DNA of 53,554 nucleotides from Basidiobolus ranarum (Eukaryota): NCBI GenBank assembly GCA_040143965.1, contig JASJQH010000014.1, positions 1 to 53,554 of the forward strand, read 5' to 3'. Shown piece by piece: positions 12,100 to 24,094 of this stretch (position 1 is its first letter; each line of letters starts with the position of its first letter). The notes under the pieces were generated by a model. It saw only the letters and a program-made list of their open reading frames with translations, ran no database searches and was not told where the DNA came from. The position numbers and the translations under genes were made by a program.

Positions 12100-14118
12100 T
12101 TATAGTCTTTGGGTAGCGAAGAGTTTGTCAGAGTGTTCAGGGTAACGTTTCAAAAATTCAATCTGGCAAAGAGCTGCCTCCTTGAAACTAACCGAGTTAG
12201 AAAGTTCCATTTGAGTTCTACCAACCTCAATGGCCTGATTAAAGTAATCAAGAGCTTCTTGGACTTGTCCCTGTTGAAGTGAGAATTGAGCCAAAGTAGA
12301 GATAGCTACATAGTTATCTGAGTCCACTTCAACAGCTTGCTTGCAGAGATCCATAGCCTCTTGCACATCTTGCTTCCATTGGAAAATGGTGACACCCTTG
12401 TTAATTAAAGGACTTGGATTCTTGGGATCACAAGCGATGGATTTGTCGAATGAGCCAACAGCCTCTTCGAAGCGTTGTTGGTCCATAAAGAGCTCACCAT
12501 AATGGTTGTGGACATCAGTACTGTCGGGGAATCGGCTTAAGGCTTTACGGAAAGTGGCGGTAGAGGCCATGATAGAGCCACTCTTATATTGAGCAACACC
12601 AAGTTGAATCATGGAGAGGGGGAAGTCGCTGTTGAGAGAGATACTCTTATTGTACTCTTCAATAGCCTTATCAACTTCTCCAAGGACTAAATAGACTTGG
12701 CCTCTGTGATAATACACATCAGCATTATCGGGATTAAGATTAGCGGCTTTTTCGTACTCTTCAAGAGCAGAGACGTAATTGCCAGTAGCATCGAGAAGGA
12801 TAGCACCCTTCTTGATATAACTAGGAACGTAAGATTGATCACTTTCGATCGACTTGTTGAAGTCCTCTAAAGCCTCAGTAGAAGCGCCCTTCAAGAACTT
12901 GAAAGATCCACGCATGCTATAAGTATAGGCCATGTGAGAACATCCCTTTTCGATAGCCTGATCAAAGAGACCAATCACATCATTGTATTTGTTCTCTTTA
13001 ATAGCTTCTTGGGCTTGATACAAATAGAAATCGCCATTCTCTTCTTCAGGCTTTTCCAAATCAAGCAACTTCTCTGAAAAATAGAAGGAAAGATGTAAGT
13101 AAGAATGAATGAAGGTGTGTAGAGAGAACCATCTTACCGGAGCTGAAAGAATTGAGGAAAGATTGAACAACAGCAATGGATGGATATTGAGGCTCTCTAG
13201 TGTTTAAAATCTCGGCAGCAGCGGTGTCAGAGAGCTTCTTGAGCATGCGTTCCATAGAAGCGACAGCACTTTGGTTGGAATAACCTTCAAAGACGCAAGC
13301 AGCCATGAAATCTATGAAAATGGAGATGTTAGAATATCAGAGGTTAGGGACTTCGAGTTCAGAAAGTGCCAATTACCATGTAATGAGTCTCTCAAACGGT
13401 CAACCTTCTCGTAAGCCTGAGCTCTTCTGATCAAAGCCTTGACGTAGAGTGGCTCAAGAGTAAGAGATTCAGTACAATCTTGAATAACTTGCTCATACTC
13501 CTTAAGATTGGCATGGCAGGCAGCTCTGTTAGCATAATAAATATGGTCTGGCTTGAAAGCAATAGCTTGAGTATAAAACTTGATAGCAGATTCATAATCT
13601 TTAGAGCCAAAATAGCTGTTTCCTCTGCTCTTAAGAGATTGTGCATATCTAACACGAGTCTATAACATTGAGAATATATTACGTTAATAATCGATATTTT
13701 TAGAAACTTTCTAAAAGCGTATAGCTTCGAACCTCCTGGGGAAGAGCCTCGATTTCTTCTAAGCTCATACTGGCAGGATCGGCGTTGGATTCGGCTATAA
13801 ACATGAACGAATTAGTTAGGAATGTGGAGTCGCCAATTGAAACTAGTTTCACCAACATTTGGATTCAGAGACTTCAGCTGGCTCACTTGTAGCTTCCTCA
13901 GTGACCTTGCTCTCATTCTTGGCCTTCTTTGAACGCTTAGGTTTTTGTTGTTTTTGGCCTGTAGATAGATACCAAGCACCTAAACCAGCAAGAACAATAG
14001 GAGTGGCAACAGCCAGATAAAACTTCCAATCCTTTTCGGAGAGGAATTTTTTCATAGACTCGGATACATCAGTCTTGGGAGTCTTCACGATAGATGAGGG
14101 ATCAGTTGTATTGGACAT
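12100..14118 (-). CDS. TOM70: Mitochondrial import receptor Tom70 (TPR protein); multi-exon
   Basis: N-terminal TM anchor (VATPIVLAGLGAWY) followed by a basic stretch; TPR clamp (KSRGN..F, YYANRAAC, YVKALIRRA); many C-terminal TPRs ending in QGQVQEALDYFNQAIEVGRT. Confidence 0.92.
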
Positions 14119-14487
14119 GATTTAAGAAAGTGAATTACTCTGTCAAGCCCGATGAGGTGTAGAGTATACAGTAAGACGAAGCCAAATAACACACAAAATG
14201 AAAAAGATTGCCATACCTTCTAAGAATTCCGGATCCAACCAATCAATGGACGAGCCAGGTATAATCTCCATCGTCCCCATCTTACGAAAGTATGACTTCA
14301 TCAGCCAGAAAATTTTACTTTAACCCAATATGATTTTAGTGGCACAATTCGATAAAATTCACCACGGAAAATGATCCAACTGTCAACATATATTCCTTAT
14401 ATTGGTCATCATTCTGATATTTCGCATAAAATAAGTAAAATATCACCGTTTTGTGCATAAAAAGAAAGATTTTTATTGCACCAGTGA

Positions 14488-14955
14488 TCAAACGGCATAA
14501 TGAAGGGCAGTGAGGAAGTATCTTATTGCAAGATGGCCAAGAGCATATCCAGGCTCTAGGGGTTTCCTTGATAAAGATTTAGGCAAAGGATCGTTGTATC
14601 TAGCGTCATATTTGCCAATGTAGTATCTACATTGCTTTAAAAGTTTAAGCAGAGCTTTGTCTACTTTGGAGTAATCCCTCAAGGCCTCTTTCAAGTGCTT
14701 CTTCACGAACATCTCTACTGTTCGATCGATTATTTCTACAATGTAAGAGGACTCGCTTATTGCTACTGGTTGGTCGATTTCTCCACCTTTATATCTAGTT
14801 AATCTATGCTTCAGCTCAGGCTCATAGATACGCCATATCTTTTGAAATTCCTTATTCCAGTTTATTGAGGAATGTCTGCGCAGACCACGCACACCAGATG
14901 TCAATCCTAGAAAGTAAACCAATGTTAACAACAGACTACAAAGTGATAGCCTCAT
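14488..14955 (-). CDS. Orphan small secreted protein (~155 aa)
   Basis: Intronless ORF. From the Met at 14955: MRLSLCSLLLTLVYFLGLTSG-VRGLRR (signal peptide plus dibasic site). No family recognised. Confidence 0.6.
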   Translation of the reverse strand: MRLSLCSLLLTLVYFLGLTSGVRGLRRHSSINWNKEFQKIWRIYEPELKHRLTRYKGGEIDQPVAISESSYIVEIIDRTVEMFVKKHLKEALRDYSKVDKALLKLLKQCRYYIGKYDARYNDPLPKSLSRKPLEPGYALGHLAIRYFLTALHYAV

Positions 14956-15452
14956 GGTGTCCTCTTCAGTAAACAGTAAGTCCATTGGTGTACTTTTTAT
15001 TGCGAAAGAGTGATTATCCTGCAATGGACACCAGCCACCATTCTGGGGCTGCATTCTGAGGCTGTCATGTGTTTCGCAAGATGAAAATCGGTTTCAAACT
15101 TCAATGAAATTGATCTTCGTCTAAGCCACTTCCATATCGATGTTTATCCACCATATATTCTGATGCTAACCCTAACCCTAAGTAATATAGGTCTAATTCT
15201 GGCTGTGTAGTCCTAGCCACGTTTAGCTGAAATAGATTTAATGGCATCGTTGAAAAACGGGATTTAAAAGACGAGGGCGTCTTTTATGTAGGGTTTGATG
15301 TATTCCTTGTCGTAATACAGCAAGAAAATATCATCTCAAACAAGCATCGGAGGTACAGGTTCAATTATGGTCAAAATTCCTAGACGTTTCTAATTCCCGA
15401 TTTCTACGACATGACTCCAAACTAGGTTTCAATTCATCTTGTAACAAATAGA

Positions 15453-15460
15453 GTATATAA
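15453..15460 (+). promoter_or_regulatory. Putative TATA box of the 63-aa peptide gene
   Basis: gTATATAA about 60 nt upstream of the ATG at 15517. Confidence 0.4.
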
Positions 15461-15516
15461 GAGGGATTGGCTTCCTCAATCCCTAGCCTAAACCTAACAT
15501 TACTAATATTTAAAAT

Positions 15517-15708
15517 ATGGCTTCTAAGCACCTTCTTCGTCTGATTTATATGACTTGCATTTTCATGATTGCTAGTGCTACCAAACTTGATCGACGAGAT
15601 GACTGCATTCCTGCGGAGATTATCAACAGCTTAAATGGCAAGAAGGAGATTATTTGTGTTGACGAAAACATCGGCACCAATATTTTGACCCAAATGTATA
15701 ACAGCTAG
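15517..15708 (+). CDS. Small secreted prepropeptide (63 aa; signal peptide, RR site, 2-Cys mature peptide)
   Basis: MASKHLLRLIYMTCIFMIASA / TKLDRR / DDCIPAEIINSLNGKKEIICVDENIGTNILTQMYNS. A-rich start context (aaaatATGG), upstream TATA, AT-rich 3' region with AATAAA. Confidence 0.65.
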   Translation: MASKHLLRLIYMTCIFMIASATKLDRRDDCIPAEIINSLNGKKEIICVDENIGTNILTQMYNS

Positions 15709-17253
15709 ATGCCTTTTAATACGCTATTTAACAATCTTTTATGAACCCTTTTTACCTTACCAATAATGTATCTATAACTTGAATCCATTTCATATAATGC
15801 TTTCAAATAATTCATTGAGTGGGATCAATAAATGCTCTTTGCTTAAATGCTCCTTCTTGGTTTAAATACTTTGTATGAACTTTACTCACTTAACCTTGAA
15901 AAGTGTTGCGTGCTTCACAATAACCTATAGTAGTTATCGGTTTGTATTCATTTTCTCAAACTTCAACTCTTGCCGTATATATAGACTCGAACATTACACT
16001 ACCAAGTCGAACTTCTCAACTAAATACAGTATTTGTTACTCTAGGAATATTATCCTTTAATATCGATCACTAAGACTTCTTTCGGTATTTCAGGAGTGGG
16101 AATAATAATACTCTAGTAGTTTTAACGATACTTGCGCCAAGAATATCTTTTTGTATATGCAAGTTAAAGTGTTGGTTTAGCTTGTTTCTTCGCATAACAA
16201 TGAAATATGATATTCGTTCACGATGATAATTTGAGTTTAATTTCCCATTTCCCATTTCCCTTCTCCCTTTCATACATCGATGTCAGTCTTACTCATACAT
16301 TCAATCAGTGCACAGACCTACCATCCCGTCCATACCACATACGCTACATTTTGAGTGATGTTTATATTTTGAGTGATCTTTTGGATAAGATATGTAACAC
16401 GCAGTCTATAGCCTTTGATTTGATATTCGATCCGAATCTCGCTCTTGCTGCTTGGTCAACACTTAATAGCTGAATTTGATTGTAACTAAGCAATATACGA
16501 GTGCGACAAATAGAGACAATGTCTTCCTCAGGTGACAAGGGCAATCCAACATTCAATCTGGTCCACTTGCAGCAAAATATTCCAATCGATAAGATTAGCC
16601 AATCATATTTCGGCCTCTACAAGATATATCTAAACTCTTATGACTAAATGTTTCGTCCATCTCCAACGGAAGTGTCAGATTGAGTAAGTACAAGCTTGAA
16701 ACTGTAAAATACATACCCATCCAATAACTAAATACTCGCTTTATTGTTCACCCAATTGTCCATTAATTACCTATATTGTCGAGCGGCTTGTTGAGCGGCT
16801 AGGTAATGTTCCACAACATGTCATCGATTAGATCCACTTCATTTTTTTTCGAATTCACGATACAGTCTCAGATGGATCCGTTTGTATAGAATCTGTTTGT
16901 ATAAATCAGGGTTTTCAGGAGGATTCTATAATACACTCTGTAATATAACCATCCAAAATAGTGTTAAATATGTTGAGCCGAGAATTAACTTGATACTCGG
17001 AGAAACCGTGAATTGTTCAATATTGCTTGTTATGTTTGTCAAACTTTGTATCCAAGACAGAGACACATTCCCACCAGCCTCAATATCTCGCCATCCAACC
17101 AATTATCTGCTAACATCCAAAACCCCGATGTCGAAAGCTCTGTTGAAAGCTTGCACCCTTTCCCTTGAGATTAAACATGGCGAACCTACCTTATCAAGTT
17201 AATGATGTTTCATCACACAACTTCAGAGTATGTATATATATATGATTAAGGTT

Positions 17254-17297
17254 TGTTTATAGTTTGCATTTAAGATGTTTATAGTTTGCATTTAAGA
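17254..17297. repeat. Perfect 22-bp tandem duplication
   Basis: tgtttatagtttgcatttaaga x2. Confidence 0.85.
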
Positions 17298-18470
17298 ATC
17301 TAGAAATATTCAGGTTTCCGTTTAACTAGTACCACATTACTACAACCACACATCCAAATTTAATGCAAGCAATTCCAACCATTCAACTTTTACTAATCCT
17401 TTTGATAAACGGATTCGTAAATTGAATAACAACATCTCAATGCTAGATGTGTAGTGGTGAAGTTCTCACTTATTGAAGAAAAGAAAGTGACAGTCAATTT
17501 CGTGACTACTTTTATTTTACTAAAATTAAGGTTTGCCCTGTTATCGGACTGTCTAATGTGGGACTGTGTGACAATTCCTTAGCGCAAACTTAAGTTAATC
17601 ACTTCTGCAACCCATCTCATACTTTAGAAGCGTGTAGGTAAACACTGTTTCAGTCAGAGTTGTAGTTTTATTGTCACGGCTAATCGAATTTCCTTATCTG
17701 TAGTAACTGATAGGTAGTTGAGATATTCAAATCCAGTTTAGCATGTGGACGTATCCAACATGGATGGTCTCATGAATAAACCACTGGACGTCACCTGGTC
17801 CACCTACCTGCCTCATTATTATATCAAAATATATCTTTAAGCTATGACACGAGAAGCGGTAATCGCGCAAATTGAACTCTTGACGCTTTGTACTAAAATA
17901 GAATAGCTACTGTGTTATGGGTTTTCCTTGGTTCTTTGGTGAATCCCCATTGAATCGAATCTTTACACAAGCCTTTCTTATTGGCACCCATTGGACCTGT
18001 TCGACATTGGAGGGATTGTTTGTGTAACTATCAAGATGCCTTCATACGATAGAGGTAAGTTACGGAACGTAAACTTTTTGGATCTTGCGCGTGATTTATA
18101 TAAAATAGTTTCCCATAATGGGAAGATATGGTTCTAGGTGATGTTTCTGCTCAAGTCTTTGTAGTGGCCATGGACTTAACAAGTAAGTGGAGTGCTCCAG
18201 TAATATCCAAAGTAATGTCTTCATCCTTGCAAAAAAGGCTGATTACCAGGCGATAGTTTGTAGATTTTTTGATTCATGTACCTTCAGATATCACCCGCCG
18301 ACTTTCCCAAACAGCCCGAAATCTCATCGAATAAACAACTATTAGATTAGGCACAAACCGGTTAGTCAGTTTCCTCGATTTCTTATAAAACTCGCAAGCT
18401 GCGTTCAATACAATAAACGGCACTCGTGTAAGTTAAGCCTCCTCAAAGGCACAACAAGCACAACGCGAAT

Positions 18471-19394
18471 ATGAGCGACAAGGGAAACTCCGCCATTAAC
18501 GCCAATCTTGAACTCGTAACTACAGTCTTCTCTCTCCCCTTCATTATCAGTGATGCCTACATTACATTTAAAATGGTACGAAAGGATACTCGTACAATTT
18601 ACAAACTAAATGCACTTCAAGTATCCCTTCTCTTGCTAAATAGCATAACGATGCTTTTGGTACATGCTCTTAGCGGCGGAACCTGTTTCTATGTATTCAC
18701 AAGCTACAATATTCTATCCTTTCTCTCTGTGGGAGTTATATTCTCTATGGCTTTTATCAAAGCCTACCTTTGTATACGCAACGCTCGGCCGCTGCTATAT
18801 TTTTTCGTATTATTACAGACTGTAAGAGGGGCCTCTATCATTCAATTCTTCATCCAGCCAGGAATAGAAGGTAATATTATGGGTGGTTGTCTATGGGATA
18901 ATCCAACTGTGTGGGTTATAACCCTTCTTGGGGCTGAAGCTCTTGGATTCATTGTTTTCACCTTCATTACTGTCTACTTTATGAGCCAGCAGCTGCGTCA
19001 AAAAGGCTCCAGAATCTACATTATATTCATCAATGATGGACTAATCTTCTCTGTGACCATATCCATCTTCTATATCGTGGCCACAGTCCTTCAAAGCCTT
19101 GCTATTGTTCAATCAAGCATTATTCTTTACATGGTCTGGATTGCCTGTTCAAAATTTGCCACTATGCAAACCCATCACTCATTCAAATGGCACCACCGGG
19201 ATTTCCCATCGGAGTTCAATATTGGCTCGACCACAAACTCAACCCCGCTAGAAACTGATGAAACTAAGTTGACTAGCAAAGACTATGTCATCCACTTGGG
19301 ATCCAGTCGAAGCAGTAGGAGTAGCAATGATTCGGTGAAAGCCGACTTCGTGGTTATGGAACTAGACAAAGTAAGACTAGCGCCGTCCAAATAA
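18471..19394 (+). CDS. Orphan seven-transmembrane, GPCR-like membrane protein (307 aa, intronless)
   Basis: Seven hydrophobic segments; Cys at the start of TM3 (GGTCFY) and in the loop after TM4 (GGCLW); Ser/Thr-rich cytosolic tail; upstream TATAAAA near 18384. Confidence 0.75.
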   Translation: MSDKGNSAINANLELVTTVFSLPFIISDAYITFKMVRKDTRTIYKLNALQVSLLLLNSITMLLVHALSGGTCFYVFTSYNILSFLSVGVIFSMAFIKAYLCIRNARPLLYFFVLLQTVRGASIIQFFIQPGIEGNIMGGCLWDNPTVWVITLLGAEALGFIVFTFITVYFMSQQLRQKGSRIYIIFINDGLIFSVTISIFYIVATVLQSLAIVQSSIILYMVWIACSKFATMQTHHSFKWHHRDFPSEFNIGSTTNSTPLETDETKLTSKDYVIHLGSSRSSRSSNDSVKADFVVMELDKVRLAPSK

Positions 19395-21591
19395 ACCCTA
19401 CTTCGCTCCTTCTGTATCAGACCAATAACACCCACATCCACCTCCCACCAGATCCCCCAATACAAGCACCTTAACACTAATTTACCCCTCTCTCTCTTTA
19501 TATTGATATTTCTATATATATACATTACAGACATCCTTTTTTTAACGAACCCATCTTCTTGTATCACATACTTGTTCACATGTGTGAAAACAATCCAACC
19601 GTTCCCCATCACATCCATGTTGGTTGATGGTATTTTTACACTCACCACTTTGTATTTATAATCAATCAATAAACTAAGATAACCTATTGGATTGGCTATT
19701 AACGGATACAAACTCACACGTACACATCAGAATTCGCTTTTCCCATATCAAGACTGCTGATGGATGGATAGTGCTGAATGAAACCGAAACCCTCATTGAA
19801 TAGTATGTGTGTGTGTATGTGTGTGATTGTCATATGTAAGGTACAAACCTAACGTTAGGCAAATCCTCCGTCGAGTTGAACATCTATGCTTATCAAGTAG
19901 ATCTTGAAATGATTAACAGCAAACAAGTTGATATGCATGAACGTACCTTATACATCTGTGAGAAATGTTCCAAGCCCTCTTTTTCCTGGATCGGAAAGTA
20001 AGCCTGTAGTATTTAAAGAACCAATTCACTCTCCCCTTCACACCAAGCAAGATAGAGCCTTGTTATACCCCGATACTGTTAAATGTGGTACTTTTCAACG
20101 ATCATACTTGACTTAAAGACCTGTTAATAAACAAGATCTCTGGTTTGTTTCAAATATTTGGGAGCAATCTAAGCTAGAATATGATTCGATAACGCAATAC
20201 TGTAATAGAGTAGCACATAAATCCAGTTCCAATCATTCTGAACTAAACTTTATCGGAATATTGATTAAATGAAAAAAAATTGATGATTAACCAATAGAGT
20301 CAACGTTCAATTATATATTTTCATCTCAAGTTGCATAGATTGAACTTTGAATTTAATGACTAAATACGTAACATGATATTACATTCAGCATGTTGCATTC
20401 TTCAGACCAGATGTCTCATATGAAGCCCCAAATTTTGACGTAGTCATATGAGTTTGCCTAAACATTACCAATGACCTAGTTTGGAACAGTAATTCCAGGT
20501 CCAATGATCGAGTCAGGCCTTTCTTATATTGATAGATTCTTCCATAATGGCTTTGAGCATGAAACAATAAAATGAAACATTTTTTCGCAGCCATTTTTTT
20601 TCCATAAACTATCATTATCCAAATCTCGTAAGCATAGTGTCAAGTGTCAAGAACAGCTTAAGGATAACATCAACGTCAACCCCCCCACTCCCCCTAAAAA
20701 AGAGAAAACCAGAATCAAATATCGATCGGATTTCACAGTTTTATTATACATTATAAATTAAAGCAAAGATACCCAAATATAGCTTGAGCAGCCCGTACCA
20801 AACTGATTTGGATAGACCCAACACGTATACGTTCTCGTACTCTCACTGATAAATCATATATGGCATACAAACCAGGTGCTTTATGAGAGTCAAATGACCT
20901 CACTCGCACTCAAATAGCGTTGACTAAGATTTAGGATTAGCATATGTTCATAGCTGTTAATTTTATATTAGAATGCAAATTTAAGCTCTCTTCAACGAAA
21001 TCTGTCGCTAAAAGTTCCCCTTGTTGATAATTTCAGATCACGATGACATGGATATTATGAAAAATATCACTTCGAAATCCAAAACTTCGTTTGTCACGAG
21101 AGGTGACGCGTCGACGCGTTCGGTTGTTCCAGATCTGTCCTATCACAGGCTAAAGGTGATGGTTAAAGCGCTACACGAATTTATTGGAATGATTGGTCCC
21201 GCATCAGGTTTCTCCTGTTTGAGGTACAAAGGATGATTGGTATTTTGGAAGACTGCTTTGCTGTTCCAATGATTTGGGTGTTCTGAATGATTTTCAGAAG
21301 AGACTTGGCAGTTGCATTTATCATTAGTACAAGTTTATTATTGAAAAAAACTCTATTCATGAGAGATCGGTCCATTTGTTTGCCTCCTCATAAATGGACT
21401 ACACAGAAAATAACAATCTATTGAAGTATTAACAGGTTGGAAGGGGAGAATGAGTAAATACTAAAAAAGGTTTGCAATTATTAGACAACAAAGTATAGAA
21501 ACAAAAGACGGTTGAAAAAATTAGTAACGAAAGAGGAATATAAGTGAACAAATGGGTTGAACTCGACGAATGGTTGTATACGCGAAAATGT

Positions 21592-22342
<751 letters not shown>

Positions 22343-23351
22343 TTTGATGATAGTCACGTTCGAATAAGGTGGTTTTGGTACAGATAAACAGTAACTTTAC
22401 GGGTAACGTATCAGAATTTCTCGTCAAACGCAGTCAATAATTCACTAATTAATAAGCTGAGAGATTTGTAATAACAAAACCAAAGCAAATTAAAGATTAG
22501 CGGTGGATAAAAAACTGAAAGATTGTAATCGAACCACTGACAGGAATTTACCCACTATTTAGCTATTTTGGTAGACACTGTCTCCGAGTTGCTTTTCACC
22601 TGATCCAAAAAATAGATATTCAATTGTTATGAGCCAACACCAGTTATATTATTAAAGTTGATATTGCTTATTCAATTCATTGCATTACTGCTATATGTTC
22701 ATTTTAAAGTATAATTAATTTAATCGTTATTCATTCAGAAACTTCCTTTTATGTTGCTTTTGTGTATTTTCATAATGAGTTCAGTATATATTAATTCTGA
22801 GTGGATATTTTGACCATTCGATTGAATCAAAATAAATTCTTTGGTGATTATAATTCTGAGGATGTGATACCAAGTATTGCGACAAAGTTTACGTTCTAGA
22901 ACAATTTACGCCACGCCAGCACGGCTCCGATTATATTGAACCTGATCAGTTGAAATGATTGCTATATACAATTCAGCGACGTCATTTTACAAGTACATGG
23001 TAACTTCAGGTTTTACTTGAATAAGGCAATTTCCTCGATTGAATGCGAATTCAAAATATGAGTTGCTCGGGAAAACACTATTACAGAACATTTCACCAGC
23101 TATTCTAAAATCATTGACTCGAGATCATTGGATGCATCAACAACTTGCTAAGGTAGATGTCACGATTGCCAAGGTATTTGCATAAGCTTATACAATCCAA
23201 CATAAATATTATACAATCATCGCATGGAACCAAGTGTAATGAAATATTCTAAATTATGATGAGCCTAATTTTCAGAATATTCTTAGAAAGTGTTTGTGCT
23301 TTATTTAGTTTTCGATACACAAAGTGTAAACTAATCAAAGGGCTTTGAAAA

Positions 23352-24094
23352 TTAAGCAAGAAGAGCATCTTTCTTGGCTTGGATACGTTCGGAACGACGA
23401 TCACGAGCAGCCTTGGACTTAAGACGGTGAGCTTCAGCTTGATCAGCAATGAGCTTAGCTCTGAGCTTCTCAGCCTTGGCTTTGTGAATGAACTCCATCA
23501 AGACACGCTTGTTCTTGAACACATTACCTTTAGATTTCATGTAAAGGGAGTGATACAAATGTTTATCGATCTTGCCAGCTTCACGATACTTTCTCAACAT
23601 ACGTCTCAAGACACGTTGACGGCGCATCCAAAGAACTTGAGTAGGCATACGAGCCTCGGCGGTACCTCTACGTTTACCGGTACCGGTGTGACGACCCTTA
23701 CGTTTAGCAGCAAGCTTCTCACGAACTCTGAAACGAGAGTGAACAACTTGGGGCTTCTTAATGATGAGACCATCCTTGATGAGCTTTCTGATGTTTTGGC
23801 CTTGAAGTGGAGTGGAATAATTAGTTTAACTTGCACATGTCCAAAAGCTCTAAGGGAATATCTTGCTTACGAGAGTTGGCATTGCCGATCTCACTGACCT
23901 CATTAGGATCAATCCAAACTTTTCTTTTACCGCACTTAAGTACGCTGGCGGCCAAACGTTTCTGACTGCTCAAAGAAACCCTAGAAGAAGTCAAATAGAT
24001 GGATGGATAAGTCAACTGATAAGGATATTCGAGTTTTTAGCATCGTTATTTGCTAGATGCTTTTTGTATAGGACTTCCTTGAAATTACTTACAT
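23352..24094 (-). CDS. RPL19: 60S ribosomal protein L19 (eL19); 3 exons
   Basis: [69 protein letters not shown]. Introns 23981-24092 and about 23801-23870. Confidence 0.98.

Noticed and set aside
12100..12111. PTS1-like C-termini (TOM70 -QRL; also Yap1 -AQL)
   Set aside because: Weak variants on proteins with well-established non-peroxisomal locations.
15875..17202. Several 60-106 aa ORFs in the orphan island
   Set aside because: Overlapping, AT-rich, no domain or signal features; consistent with random ORFs, though a decayed gene cannot be excluded.
19283..21375. Short ORFs downstream of the 7TM gene
   Set aside because: No recognisable motifs or splice-consistent gene model.
23379..23897. 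172-aa antisense ORF over RPL19, and similar antisense ORFs over other genes
   Set aside because: Shadow ORFs caused by codon bias of the sense gene.
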